DNA of 60,577 nucleotides, filler included, from Dugesia japonica (GCA_001938525.1; 5 parts of 5 records of this genome joined end to end with filler, not necessarily neighbours in it); one strand, 5' to 3'. Numbered from the whole stretch's first letter, positions 1 to 14,700 are shown. A program made the numbers and translations. Notes: a model not told the origin generated them from the letters alone.

Positions 1-1973
1 GGAAGTAGTATAGTTCCACTTGACTTGTCTAACTCCAACGTAGTATTGCAGATATAGTATTACTCCTTAGTTTTCATATCTTTCAATAAACAACATTAAT
101 ATTACATAAAACTTACTTTTTCTCCTCGTTTCATTTGCACAGCTCTATTAATCCTGTCAAGTTATTCGTTGGAAATACTCATGTCTTCGCTTTAGCCATA
201 TTTTTTTTGTTCTTTTTTGTCATTCAAATTTTCCTGTTGGTAATTATATTTATTGTACAATCTCCATTAATAATTTTAGTTTTTCACAGAAAATGATTTC
301 TAACTTAAACAATGTATAGTTCTTTAAGTAGTTTTTAATTTTTAGTTGAACGATACCAATATTGACTTGATCCAATCAAAAGTAAATCCTGAGTGAGTTA
401 TCGATGTTACATTCTTAATAACTCTGCACCGTGACAATTATTTGAACTGAAGATTGCATCATTATATCCGCCGCGTCATTACGCATCCAACGATACTATG
501 GCGATACCTATAAAATGAAGTATTGCCAGGCAATGTCACTATCAAAATTTGAATTGCTGCGCATATATATAAAGTCTAGTGCTGCCATGCACTGCTATTT
601 ATGTACTAAGTTATTTTAAATTGTTAAACATTTATTCAAATTGGTTGTTATTTTTCGAGGAAACGGTTGCTCTCCCAATGAAAATTATTTTTATTATTTA
701 TATGTTTAAGTAAAATTATTCTTTACATGACCTCTGCAACATGCACAGTCCAGCGGAACGTATCCATCAAGGTCCCATAGCATTCAACCGAATCCGTTTA
801 TAATTGAAGTTATCAATTGACCTGTGTAGTTTTACCTATGCTAAACTTGATTACAGTATGTAAATCTCCGGTAATAGTGCTTCTGATCGTTCACATTCGG
901 TATTAAATGTACACCACCACAACTGTCTAACCTTTTTAAGATAAAGCATCATTACCAATACTTGGCTAGACACTGATCGGCGAAATGGTCAAGAATTCAA
1001 ACACAACTGTTATCAAAATCAATGCATGTCATTAAATAAAAACCATTACTTTTACTATCCTAAACAAATATCATTAAATTAATAAGAAAATATCTTATAT
1101 CATTAAATTCAAATCATTAACTTAAAATAAAATAATTAACTTAAAATTAATAATTAATTAACATTCATTTTATTCATAAGTAATCTAAAATAAAATTAAA
1201 CATACAATTAATTAAATAAACACCTACTAGAAAATTAAAATTTGAAATAATGATGAAATCGTATGTGCATCTTACTTACATGTGTAATCATATTTTGATA
1301 CACACCATATATATTTTTATTTAGCCCAGCTTAACAAAAATTAATTTATTAAAATAAATAATTAAATAGTTATCAGCCATATTTTTAAATTAAACATGGC
1401 TATACAAAAATTAATTTAATCATAAACTTAGGAATTCCAAGCTTAAGAAATTTAAACTTATGAATTTTACATTATTACTTTAAGCCTATTAATTTTAAAT
1501 CAAATTAATTTAAGCTTATTAATTTTAACTCATATGAATTTTAAGCTTATTAACTTTAAGCTGCAGTTTAAAAGCATATAAATTTTAAGTAGCGAAACCT
1601 ATTTATTATATATTTTATGTGTTGTTTATTTTAGTTCTATGATGAAGGCTGTATTTTCCATGTTGATGTGTATATTTTCAATGACGAAACTTGTAAATTA
1701 TATCATGAATATTGTATATTTCTTGTTGAAATTTGTATTTTTTTGACGTGTCTTGTATTTTTAACGATAAAGCCTGTATTTACTGTGATAGAACCTGGAT
1801 ATTCTGAGAGGAATTGCTTTTTTTCTATAAAGAATCCAATATAATTTGAGATGAATGTTGTATTTTCAAAAAGTCCTGTTGTCTTAATTTTCTTAATAGA
1901 TTTAATCAATTTGAAAACTTAGTTTGATGAATTAAATTAGTTGAATGTAATGAATGTATTCTTAGATTGAAAT

Positions 1974-4741
1974 ATTAGGTAGATAGTGGCGGACTGGACC
2001 AACACGTATCGAAACATAATCCTAATGCATTTAGTTGGCAATTTAAAAATGGCATCATATTAGGAAATATTAGGTTACTGTTTTTAAATTTCCCCTGTAT
2101 ATTTAGTTGGGAAAACATTTTGCACAGAAATTATGTCATTAGATTAATTTAATCGGTGAAATTTTATGTATTTAGTTCCAATCTATTTAGTTGGCAAATA
2201 TTTTTGCAAATAAATTATGTAATTTTTAATTGTGTTTTGAAAAGTTTGGCAAATTATTTTAAAATTTAGGTTTTTTCTGTTGTTTTCGGCTGTTGCCAGG
2301 ACTTGTAATAAATATTTCTTATATTCCAATTTTTATCTATTTCAATTCAATAATTTTTAATCTTTCCTTTTTTTCGGTGGTTGCCAAGTTTTAATTTTTT
2401 TGAATTTATTATTTAGTCTTTTTGTTCAATTTTTGGCGTGTCCAAGATTAAGTATTTTTAAAATATTTAAATTTTATTATTCTACGTCAATATTTATTAT
2501 TGACTTATCTGGCCGAAAACAACAGAAAAAGAAGGTGATATCCTTATCAAAACCCTTATCCAAAGAAAAATTAAAGTATTTACATTATTCAATTTTTTAT
2601 TTGGTTTGTGTTAATTAATATAATTTCATAAAATTAATTTGTTTGGTTATTACTATTTTATAGTTTGTAAAACAATTAAATCATATTTGGTAATTCAATA
2701 ACCTAAATTAAAATAAATAAATTCATTAACAAATAAAATAACTCAGATTATAGATAAGGGAATTAATTAAGTACCTACCGCCTATTGCGTTCAAATTAAC
2801 TTAACACACATCGTCAATCTTTAACCTTAATAAAAATAGTTAATTTCAAACTTTAATTTATAATAATTGAAATTTTTATTAAGCATTAGATAATTTGAAA
2901 GAATTTGAAATATTTTTTGAAAATAACTGAAATAATTGGTGAAATAAATAATTTTCAAATAATTATGAGAAAAATATCTAAAACATTAATTTAAAGTGTA
3001 AAATACAGTCGCTTTAGACTTTTTAAAATAATAAGTGAAATTTAAGCTTTTACAATTATAAAGATGAAAAAACTTTTACAATTTTTATTTTCAATTAGGA
3101 TATTATAATAAATAAGGATAATTGTATGAATGAATTAGTGGGTCATGAAACTTGAAAGTATTAGAAACCATAATTTTCATATATTCCTTTCATTGAATAA
3201 TGTTAGATTGCCGCGGGAATGGTATTCATATTGCACTTACAAGTTTCATGACCCACTAAATTCTCTATCTAACAATACTTGGATCATTAAATTTGGATGA
3301 AAATTATAAAAAATAATTTTTTATTTGTGTCGATTAAGTATGCTCGGGAATTTTGACCATGTTTTTTCAAGTTTGCACAGTCAAAATTAAGTTTAGCTAT
3401 TTTAGGTGATGGTTTTCTTGATCAGTGAAAAATTCTTTATAGAATAATGGTGGTTTCGTTACGATTTGAGAAGAAAATCGTTCAAAAATTCTCTGGTTTA
3501 TCTTATTTGTTCTCAGGTGCAGACAAGACTTGGTGATTTTTAACTAAGTCAGCCATGATCAGCAAAACAATCAATATCGAATAGATGGTTTGATGTTCAA
3601 ATTCGAATAACTCTTTCCAAAATTCATAATTTCTCGGGGACCCCAAAATGAAGTACTTGTTTTTTCAATGTAACGTTTTATCTATGAAGGTAAACGATCT
3701 TAGAAGATGTTTTTCTTAATCACAGTAACATTCTCTATCAAATAGATACTTTAATCTTTAAATTTGAGTTACTTTTTATTTTTTCTAAAAAAGTTACGAA
3801 ATCCGGGAGGACAGCTGAAAATCTTCGTTAGGAAGCATTTTTGCGGAGATGATAGTTTAACTTTATACAGTCACCCTTTCTTCCTGAGTAAAATAATACC
3901 AAATTTGAAACCATGCGAGTTATGTATGCAGAGAATATCGAGCTACAAAAAACAAAATTTGAGGGTTTTTCACCACAAAAATCCACTTATTTCATCCCTG
4001 ATAAACTTTTGCTATTTTAGGTTTATATATGTGGAATCAGCAAAACAATTCTCTATCTAATAGATATATTTTTACTTCATGAAAAGATGAGAAATAAATT
4101 TTTGGAAAGATTTTTATTTGTGATAAATAATTTCCATCGAATTCGGCATCGATTGATATAAAAATCACGAAAAAAATTTTCCAAAATTTTCAAAAATTTG
4201 TGAGGTTCCGAATTCACAATTCAGCTCAAACCTACCAGCCCGTCGAAAAATTTGACCAAATCACCAAAATATTACCCAAATTGAGCAGAACCGAGTAAAT
4301 ACCCGATCAAGCTTGAAAAAATTTGTTACCGCCCAAAAAGCATAAAAAATACTACAGCTTAAAAAGCCTGAAATAATTTTCCCAACTAAAAGCCTAAATT
4401 TGAAAATAATTTGCCAAACTTTTCAAAACAAAATTAAAAATTACATAATTTATGTGCAAAAAATATTTGCCAACTAAATACATTGGTAAAAAATTTAAAA
4501 CAGTAATCCTATTACATAAAATTTCACCGATTAAATTAATCTAATGACATAATTTCTGTGCAAAATTTTTTCCCAACTAAATACACAGGGGAAATTTAAA
4601 AACAGTAACCTAATATTTCCTAATATGATGCCATTTTTAAATTGCCAACTAAATGCATTAGGATTACGTTTCATTACATCACTAATCCTGCCGGTGGGGG
4701 ATTGAATGTGTGTTGGTCCAGTCCGCCACTATCTACCTACT
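1974..4741. mobile_element. Non-autonomous Polinton/Maverick derivative (2768 bp) with long TIRs and 6-bp TSD
   Basis: Left end ATTAGGTAGATAGTGGCGGACTGGACCAACAC (1974) is the inverse of the right end ...GTGTTGGTCCAGTCCGCCACTATCTACCTACT (4741). Inverted similarity covers about 1974-2275 vs 4390-4741. TGAAAT flanks both sides (1968-1973, 4742-4747). No coding remnant recognised inside. Confidence 0.88.
3136..3258. mobile_element. MITE-like palindromic insertion (123 bp)
   Basis: TAGTGGGTCATGAAACTTG (3136) ... CAAGTTTCATGACCCACTA (3258) is a perfect 19-bp inverted repeat with further imperfect pairing. The outer TA could be the TSD. Confidence 0.7.
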
Positions 4742-5673
4742 TGAAATGAATTTATTTGCTCAAATTTTTTGAGATGATTGATTGAAATAGATTATAATAT
4801 AATCAAGTTACTCTATATCAGTTTCTAATAAATATTAAAAATATGTTCTCGATTTCTAGTAATTTTTTGAAAATTTTTAATGACTTATATGTATTGTTTT
4901 AAAACTTTTATTGACTTCTAGTAAATCTTTAAAAAATCTTTTTGACTTCTAAATAGTTTTTGAATTCATTTTCCTATGTTTTGCACGGGATTTTGAAAGA
5001 TTTATCTACTTTTATGTAATTTATGAACGTTTTTATTGACTTCTATGCCATTTATTAAAATTTTTATGACGTCTATGTTATTTCTAGTGTGATGGATTAT
5101 AATTTTTACATGTTGATTATTAATTTTATTTGCTGGCCTTTATTTTAATGTGATGGATTATGCTTTTTATGTGCTGGCATAGAATGTTTATATGTTGAAT
5201 ATTAATGTTAACAGTTTGGCTTAAGCTTTGAGTATTAATTTTTATATTTTTATAGTCAAAATGTAAACATTCTAAACAAAGTTAATGCTGAACTTGATAA
5301 TTTATTACACTACAATTAGATAATATCACACAAAAGTTTAACACGTTATAATGGAAATTATTTATCACACTAAAATTATATAGAAATCATTAAAAAGTTT
5401 CAAAAATTACCTAGAAGTAGAAAATTCCTAGTAAAAAATAGGAAAACTTTTCAAAAATTACAAAGAAGTCAGGTAATTTTATCAGAAATTTACTAGGATT
5501 CATGGAAATGTATCTGAAATTTACTAGTCATAGGAATTTCCAAAATTCCATGTAAAACATTGGAAAAATAATTAAAATATTTACTAAAAGTACATAATTA
5601 TCTAAAAATTATTAGAAGTATATGAAAATTTTCCAAATATTAGGATGCATATACAAAATGAATACAATGCACG

Positions 5674-6240
5674 AGAAGATAGATAGTGTAGCACTAAGCC
5701 ACTTCCCCCCAGCTGACAAAGTGGTTTAGAAATCAGGTTTGAAATTTTTGATTTAAGATCTTTTAAGATTTTGATTAGTCGAAAATTTAGAGTCAAAAAC
5801 TTTTGCAATTTCGAATTTTATCTAGAGAAAGTCGAATTTCGAGATTTTGATTAGAATTATTTCGGCCAAGCCTTATCGCATGGCTTCAAATTTGTATCGT
5901 TGAACTCAAAATTAAAAACTGTATCCAGATTTCATGTTACCTTTCTTGGTTTTCTCTGGTAGTAGTAGAGCAATACTAAACCACTTGGACTATGCTTTGG
6001 AAATTTTTCAGTCAAAAATTATAGTATGGTAATAAATTTTGTACCATTAGACTCAAAATAAAAAGTAATCTATACATTTCTTAAAGGACTTATGGGGAAA
6101 AATGCTTCGCTGATGAAATAATATATAATTATATAATTAATTATAAATTATAATTTTAATTATAAATAATAATAATTTTTAAAATATTCAACTCAGAATA
6201 AAAAACTGAATCCATTGGTAAAATTACGGACAACAAAACA
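5674..6240 (+). repeat. Polinton-type terminal module, family B (orphan end)
   Basis: Starts AGAAGATAGATAGTG followed by a C-tract. Internal blocks (GAACTCAAAAT..AAAACTG, AATGCTTCG, ATAATTAATTATAAAT) match 20794-21520 and the inverse of 37965-39033. Confidence 0.6.
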
Positions 6241-6556
6241 TGTATGGTTCTCACTGGAAGGGTATTAGCGTAACCCCCAATTTTGGTTTAAGAATTTTTG
6301 GATGTGTTGGATATTTCTACTCAACAAAGAGATTTTATGGTTCAAAGGTTTAAAGTATAGGTTGAAATGAATAGAATCGATTTTATGGGTATTAGTTGTT
6401 ATGCAAATATGTAGATACCGTATTATATAACTGTAATATATTAAGCAAACAAATATGGTAAAATAATGTATTAGCCTTATAAAATATAAATGAGACGTAC
6501 TCTAACTACAAAATAATAATTTTGGCGTATAACAAATATTTCAATCACCTTAGTAC

Positions 6557-9500
6557 TGTTGGGTTTTTAGGATTTTTATTTTTACTTAAAAAATTCTCTT
6601 CATTCTCATTCATTTTAATAACTTGTCACCTGGTCTAGGGGCAACCTAAAAACCTCAAGCGTTTGCATCACCTCTGTGATNNNNNNNNNNNNNNNNNNNN
6701 NNNNNNNNNNNNNNNNNNNNNNNNNNNNNNNNNNNNNNNNNNNNNNNNNNNNNNNNNNNNNNNNNNNNNNNNNNNNNNNNNNNNNNNNNNNNNNNNNNNN
6801 NNNNNNNNNNNNNNNNNNNNNNNNNNNNNNNNNNNNNNNNNNNNNNNNNNNNNNNNNNNNNNNNNNNNNNNNNNNNNNNNNNNNNNNNNNNNNNNNNNNN
6901 NNNNNNNNNNNNNNNNNNNNNTGTCTTAATGACATCGGCCATTAACCGGTTGGCGAGCTGAAGGGACAGCTCCTTTTCCTTGATTTGGTTATATTCGGCG
7001 GTGGCTTTCATTAATTGTCCCTTCAACCGCAGGTTTTCATTTTTTAGTTCTCTCCGTTGTTCGGTCCATCGTTGCTGCATTTCAATCGTTTCCCTCCTTG
7101 TTATCTTTTCCTCGTTAGATTTGTTCACTGGAATAAACAACAAAATTAATATCGGCAGCCACAATCTACTTATAATAAATTGACCTATGTTGAATTTACA
7201 AACATCGTTAACATTTAGTTGTCAAAAAAAATCTTTTAAACAATGACCATTTACTCCGAGTTTAGTTGTGCACTCAAAAACTATATTTATTAGAACACTC
7301 TGGTCGTTATTATAACCTATGTAGTGATAAAATTTAACACCCGTAGCGTGACATACATATCACATAATCACACTCAATAATAAAACGATATGTAATAATA
7401 AAACACATATATTTCAGGGATCAAATTGGAGTGGGCTGACTTATCTCAGCTCTAGTAGCTGGCGAATGATCCGTGCCTCTTCCTCTTCAAGTTCGTTCTC
7501 TTCCGTTTGCGTTAAGGTTCGGACATTGGAGATTCGTAGTGAGCATTCGGTGGAAGAATCCGGTGCCCCGGCAGTATCCTTCCTGACCGTCTCTTGGTCA
7601 CATTTCTTCTGGAAATCATTCAGCATCGGCCTCTCTGACCACCAGTTGTAGTTGGGCAATCTCCAGATCTGCTTGCAGGTTGGCGACTTTCGCCCGCCAT
7701 CTCCCCTTCTCCTGCTCAATCATCGCCTGTACCTCCGACCATTCCACATGTAAGTATCCGGCCTCGTCGATGTATGCACTCAGATCCTCATTGGTTTCAT
7801 CTCGTCTCTCCTTCTGATTTGGTTCCTGCATCTATAATCAATAGTGGTTAAAGTCATCCAACTCTATATATCAATTCATAANACNGAAAATTTTTATTAA
7901 ACGTTTCTTCGGCCTGTGGCCTATCATAACTTTTCCACCGCTTCATGACGCGAACCAGAGAAGATGGCCACTAATTGAGAGCATCTTTTCTCGTTCCCGT
8001 CATCTTCAAGCTCTGTTACAGCTTCCCTAAATGTCTCACTTGACTTTTCTCCCTATATGAACAACTGAAAAATATATATCGATTTACTGGGCAGCGATAA
8101 TACTTAGTTGCAAAAAAACAATTTTTATAAAACTGAATTTAAAATATTAGTCACTAACACTCATCTAACTCCTAATGATGAATCTATAATACGGACATTA
8201 ATAAAACGGCATTCTCAAAGGTTTCACTATACCCAAAAGCCATAGCAACACTTCCTGAATGCTCAAAAATTTATAATCCACCGTAAGTTAATTTGATTCA
8301 TGCAGAATTCAAACTGACGACTTACTGATATGGATATTGTTAGCTTTAAAACCAAAAGGAAAAACCCAACTAGAACTAAAAGTTACAGCTGAAGATTCTT
8401 CCAATTGTATAGAAGACATAACCTGTCTAATATAAATTTTACTATAGTTAAAAATTTCAAAACAAAATGAACGGTAAGGGCTAAAATATGATTACTAAAT
8501 TCTTTAATAAATAAAATTCCTTCTCAAAAGCTTTAAAATTAATAAAAGTGAATCCAAAACAAAATGAACTGTAAGGCTAAAATATAATTACTAAATTCTT
8601 TAATAAATAAAATTCATTACCAAAAGCTTTAAAATTAATGAAAGTGAATCAAAACAAAAATAAACCTAACGACACGAGCATAATATTTCATAAAACTGCA
8701 AAGGCATAGTTATTCAACCCCACATGATTGGCCGAGCTCTTCCTCTGTTCCTCTTTGGAACATTTGCATATTTCCTACTAAGTTGGAATCAAATTTCTCT
8801 TTTATTTCCGTCCAAACTTGTCATTAACCGCATATTGGCTTCCCTTTTTGTGTCGACTACACATGCTTCTTTGTAACTTTTTACTCCTCGCATTCGGAGT
8901 ATATCACAGACCATTGTTCCAAATGAAATATACTTATAATATGCGGATATTTCTCCAAGAGCCCGGTCATCCATGTGGAGGTAATTTCTNNNNNNNNNNN
9001 NNNNNNNNNNNNNNNNNNNNNNNNNGGAAAATTTAAACAATTTTTACTTTCGCTTGTGTTATCTTTTTGTTCTTCCTAATTGATATATCTGGCAACGATT
9101 CTCCTTGGTAGTAAGCTAATTCCGTATAATTTTCGGTTCCAATAAGTGCCTCTGTGCTGCTCCAATTAGTTGACCTTTAAGATTAATAAAATTTTTCTTC
9201 TGTAAAATTTTCAAAAATTCACCTTTAAGATTAATAAATTTTTTTCTGGTTATTTTCCAAGTGTAATCACTTTTATTCGATTTGTCATTACCTTTTTCAT
9301 TGGCCAGCCAATCACCTGCGATTTTCACTCAATCTGGGCAGATAATTGGTGCAGTTGGTGTGCCGTCTCCTCTTCTCATTGTGTCATCAGAATTGGTGCA
9401 CACCAACTTTTGCCCTATATTTTATTTCTCAGTCACCTCGTGTGACTTTTGTGATGAATCGGCTAGTTGTTATGCCAAGTCCTAGTCTAGCAGAGGATGA

Positions 9501-9967
9501 TTCAGCTAATCTGCTGATTATTTTCGTGATATTTTTCATCAGCTAGAGAAGGACTGATGACTGGACCAGTAGTAATTATAATAATTAAATAATATCAAAT
9601 GGATAATATCCATTAATGTAATAAATATAACAGGTCGTAGAGACCGTTTTAATATAATATTATAATATTGTAGTTTATTTTTATTATTTCTTTCCTCTTT
9701 TCCTTTCTTCTGATCTTAGTTTCAGTTTTGTCCCATAAAATTTGGGTCTTTCCTGCCCAATTTTTATTTCCGTTATTTTATAATATTCTCTTCAATTATA
9801 ATAATCATAATTACATAATAATAATAGCAATAATAATTATAACGATTCTCTGGATAATATTTCTGGCCCAGTTCATCAATTTCGTGTCTATTATTTACTA
9901 TTCTATCCGTTTTCGTTATTCTCTATTTCTTTATTACCTTGAGAATTTTTGGTGTTCCAGCCCAACA
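6557..9967. mobile_element. Putative TG..CA element (large solo-LTR-like or Ginger-like) with decayed minus-strand coding-like segments
   Basis: GTAC|TGTTGGG ... CCCAACA|GTAC gives 7-bp inverted ends and a 4-bp TSD. These ends bound a GC-richer island with minus-strand coiled-coil/acidic ORF pieces (6655-7164, 7441-7831, 8789-9040). Confidence 0.45.
8458..8660. repeat. Tandem duplication, about 97 bp x2
   Basis: CAAAACAAAATGAAC..TAAGG..CTAAAATAT..ATTACTAAATTCTTTAATAAATAAAATTC..CAAAAGCTTTAAAATTAAT..AAGTGAATC occurs twice in tandem. Confidence 0.85.
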
Positions 9968-11039
9968 GTACTTAATAAGCTAATTTTATTTAGAGAGAAT
10001 ACCGCTCAAAGAGATTGGATTATCGGTTTAAAATGTCTGAACAATTACTGAAACAGATCAGTATTTATACAAAAAATTACTCATAGATACAAATAAAATA
10101 TCCTACAGAAAAATTCAATTTAATATTCAAAAATAAAATATCGCATTACTTCAATTTTATAATAATAAATTTTTCATAAAATAAAAATTGTTCATGCATA
10201 AAATACCCAATTTTTTAATAATAAAAGTCTGTTCAATTGTTCATAAAACAATCAATAAGTCTGATTAACATAAGTCTGGTTAAATGCATTAATCAGAAAA
10301 TAATTAATAGAAGTCTGGTTGAACGCTTCCATCTGGATTGAATTGATATATTGATAGGTCGTATCGAATATTGTATTTTTCGAGTATTAGTTGTTTGTGT
10401 GTGTTATGTATGATGTATGTATATGTTCATACAATTCTCAACAGATGGAAACCGGTATCATTGGATGGAATAAAAAGTAGATCAGGAATTTACTTCCTTC
10501 TCTATAAAAATTGAGATTGAAAATTTTAATTAAAAATATTGATATTTAATTTCTTTGTCAAAAATTATCGTATGATGACTGATTATATGTTATATAGGGT
10601 TTGTTATATAATTATGCTTAGCTTCCAAAAAAAGGTAATGCAGCATTAAACCACTTTGAATTTGATTTTCAAATTTATCTGTTAATATTTATCGGATAAC
10701 TTCGGTATTTGTGTCATTAGTCTAAGAATTAAAAACTATTTATACATTGTTTTAAGAACTTATAGCTAAAAATGCTTGGTTCTCGAAATCAAATATAAAT
10801 ATTGATTATATTTATAATTATACTTATTATTCTTTAAAATTCGAATAAAAAGTCTATATTGATTATATTGGATTCTTTGGGTTAATTATTGTATTGGTGT
10901 AGATATAATGATTACAAGTGTTTTCACATTTTCCATTACTGAATGATTTGACTTATATACACGAATAGTAAATTTTTGATGATGAATTTAAACAAGATAT
11001 ATTTAAAATGGTAATGCAATACTTATACGAAAAGAAACT

Positions 11040-11700
11040 AATATGATGTTGACTATCCAACTATACATAAAACCATTTCACAGCGTTTGATATTACCATG
11101 GAGCAGCAATATCCCTACCAGACAAAAAATAGGGATTATCAAAGGAGATAGAATCAGAGCATAATGATTATCATCTAACAAAGAAATGGAATCAGTATCA
11201 CTTGAGGTACTAAGAAATGAATTTCAACGAAATGGTTATCCAGAGAATGTCATATCAAAATATCTAACAAAAAATGTACTATGAAATGATAATAAAAAAA
11301 AGAAAAATATAAGAGAAACAAATATAGTAATTAAACTACCATATATCAATGAAAATGTAGTCAATTGATGCAGAATATTATTTACAAATCAAAGATCCCA
11401 TATTCTCCTAGGATAATATCAAAAACACCTTTAGGAATTCAACTAAAAAAACCGAAGAATTACTCATGAAAGACCAAAATACATATGTAATAACATGTAA
11501 ATTTGTAATAAAAAAATGTAACTTATGAAATTACTTGAACCTGATGCAACAAATCATATATAGGTAAAACCTTTAGAACAATAAGAACCAGAATTAAAAT
11601 TACATATCAAACAGAATGAGAGTAAAGTATATAAACATTTCATACATGATCAAAATATTTATGCTGACTACAATATTATAAAATAGAAGATAATAGATTT
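11040..11700 (+). pseudogene. Penelope-like retroelement remnant (RT thumb + GIY-YIG endonuclease)
   Basis: Frameshifted translation gives LYIKPFHS..ILPWSSNIPTRQKIGIIKGDRIRA..LEVLRNEFQRNGYPENVI, then IKLPYINE, then CNKSYIGKTFRTIRTRIKLH..SKVYKHF. Confidence 0.8.
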
Positions 11701-14700
11701 TTTCTATATATCAGCACTCCATAGAACAAAAAAAACGATGAAATTTTAATAAAAAATTTTAAATTAGATATTAATATAATCAAAACCAGGACAAAAGATT
11801 TAAAATTATAAAAATTGATATTAAAACTCAAATTGAATAGATCAACCACAACTCCTGAAGAAGATAAAATCAAAAATTTGGGAAAAAATAAAAACGTGTT
11901 TTTTTTTGTAATAATTTTTGTTACTTTAATAAAATTTTTAAAAAGAAACATTATTTTGAAACTTTTTTGATCTACGCCTTAGTTTATTTTCGTAATTTTG
12001 AAAATATTTAATTTTTTAATATAATTAATTAATAATTTTAATTAAAATATTTAAATACATGTATCAATAGTAGGCTTATTTCTACAATATGAATAACTAA
12101 TATGCAGGTTTTAAATACTCTATATTCAAGAATCGATGGCTTGTATCCATTATCGAAATAAATGAAACAACATTTATTAGTCTAAAGAAAGATTGGTGAT
12201 TTCTATGATATTTCAGACAAATACATAATTACAATGGAAATCCTTGGATATAGGTAAATAAAGTACAAAATATTTTATCAAGGTCTGATTTTTTATCAAT
12301 TTTATCAATTTCTGATAAATTTTCCACGAGTTCTATGAAGTTTGGATAATTTTAGATGACTTAGTTGAAAGTTTAATTAGTTCTATACTTCTACTAATTT
12401 CTAGCTAATCTGCCAATATTTCTAGAAAGTTGTGGATTTATATTTCAGATATTTCTATGTAATGTCTGTAACTTTTAAATGACTTCTATGTAATGCTTGT
12501 TAAATTCAAACTAATAAAAAAATTAAGTTACCAGAATAGACCTAACTGGAATTAAATAGTTTGATTAATATTAATAAAATCTTCATGTCCCGGAGCATAC
12601 TTTACTTACAATTTTCAACAATTGGTTTATTGAGTGTACATTTTATTGGGTTTACTGGTCGTCTATAATATAAATGTTAAATAAATTAAATGTATGATTA
12701 ATCGTATCAAAAATCTGGTTAATCTCTATGGAATTACTTTAAACCTATTTTAGATTTATGTGAAATTGTATAAAACGAGGGTATATTTTATAAAAATGAA
12801 TGATTATTTAATTAAAATGGGTTATACACTTAATAAAATTACTGTTTACTTAAGAAATAGATGTTTTATGATCTATTGATATATTACTTATGAGAAGTAA
12901 AATAGCTAAAAATAAAACAGAACATATAATCAAAGTCAAAACAATTAATAAAAATCACAATGCATTTTACTTTAAATATTTATTTGGGAAAGTGGTCTAT
13001 GATCTTCATAATAATCTTCTCCTTACACACACACACACACATATATATATACTTGTTTTAACATATTGTTCTCCTTGTATCTACTCATTTTAGGAATCTT
13101 CATCATATAGTGGTTATTGTACCTTCTCCACACCATCTTTCATCACTAGATTGTAGTGGTTTGTTAGGAATGCTTCAATTTTATTGATATTAGTATTTCA
13201 ATTAACAATATTTTTATAAAGATTCAACCAATCAGATTATCTTCATGTTCAATTTACATTAACTAGTCAAAATCATAGAAACAAACATATAGTTTACTAA
13301 ACTTATATGATATACTACTTATTCTAAACTTATGAAATTTGTCTATATTTGTATAAGGTGTGCATATTTGCATTAGTGTACACCTATTGAAATTAGTATA
13401 AAATAAATGGAATTGATAAAGTACTTAATAAAATTAGTGTAACAATTATTGTACTTTATTTAATCTTAATGAAATTTAAGTATTTTAATTATTTATTTAT
13501 TGGCACGTATTGAATTGATAACCGTTGAGTTTTAATTCTAATCAATAAGTTCAATTATGGACGGACTCGGTTAGATGCTAACAGCTGTTGCAGTTTACGA
13601 TTCGAGAGCGGATATGAACGGTCGAAATAACTGCTTGACTATACATGTCGGAGTAGATAATGTCATGGAATGGAATCAAAAAACTGTGATTGAAACAATG
13701 TAAGACATACAAAATTAACAACGATTTTCATCGGGGACCATTTAAATTTAATATTGCAGAGGGTATCTAACATAAATAATTAATTTAATATTTCCGGAAA
13801 GCGACTAATATTAACATTAATATTTTCCGGGAGAAATTTACTTAAATAATTAAAACTTTGGTTAATTTAAACAAGAAATTCAATTTCTGATGATTACACG
13901 ATGGTTATGTAATGATTACGTCATCGTTAAATGGTGATAACGTCATCAAAACACACACTACAATTTAGACTAATCAAAACGCTTAAAATCAGGAACAAGT
14001 GACCTAAAAAATTCTTTTTAAGTGTGTTCTCGTGCGCCCCTATTTATCTACTTATTTATTATTATTTAGTTTATAAGGAAAAATGTAGCTGAAGATACAC
14101 AAGACATGATTGGTACTTTGCGAACTTTTATCGAATCCTACCAATTGTAATAATAAAATATTTCAAGTAAATGAATAAAATAAAGGAAAAATGTGAGCGA
14201 ATATCTGTCTTTCTTAGAACTACAAATAATGATTGTTATAACGTTTTGGTTATGCTGAATAATAATTACCTTTACCTTTGGGTCATGATTTCAATTATGA
14301 GGAAGTTGATGAACGGAAAAACATTTAAAATTTATAGGACAATTATTTCGCCGGTTATTTTCCAAACTAATTTGCGAACAGGTCAGTTATATTCGTCATC
14401 TTATAACGGAAATAATAATATCAAATTTGATACAGTTTTGATAACAAATGATATCAAAGGATAATTTTAAAAAATTTTTAAAAGCTTTAAAAATTCAAAA
14501 AAAATTAACAAAGACAAATTAAAAGCAAAGACATTCTGAGAACAAAGACATTAAAAGAACAAAGATAATAAAGAAAATAAGATATTCTAATAATGAAGAC
14601 CTTCTCAAGAACAAAGAGGTAAATAAAATAAAAATAAATAAAACCAAAATTTAAATAAACAATTTTATTGTTCTTTGTTTGAGTGCGGTACTATCTAGCT

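Noticed and set aside
400-1030. GC-richer coding-like segment (minus strand ..LWDLDGYVPLDCACCRGH..)
   Set aside because: Multiple stops and no recognisable family motif.
1703-5808. Short ORF-track entries in AT-rich repeats (1703, 2400, 3764, 5602 and similar elsewhere)
   Set aside because: Mostly non-ATG starts, F/I/K/L/N-biased composition and overlap with non-coding repeats.
9550-9590. Other hammerhead candidates (CTGATGA at 9554, CTGAAGA at 11855, CTGAAAA near 49175)
   Set aside because: No correctly placed GAAA with supportable stems, or a defective core.
13556-14040. Possible transposase fragment with a GGGGCGCAC end
   Set aside because: Too degraded, and no partner terminus found.
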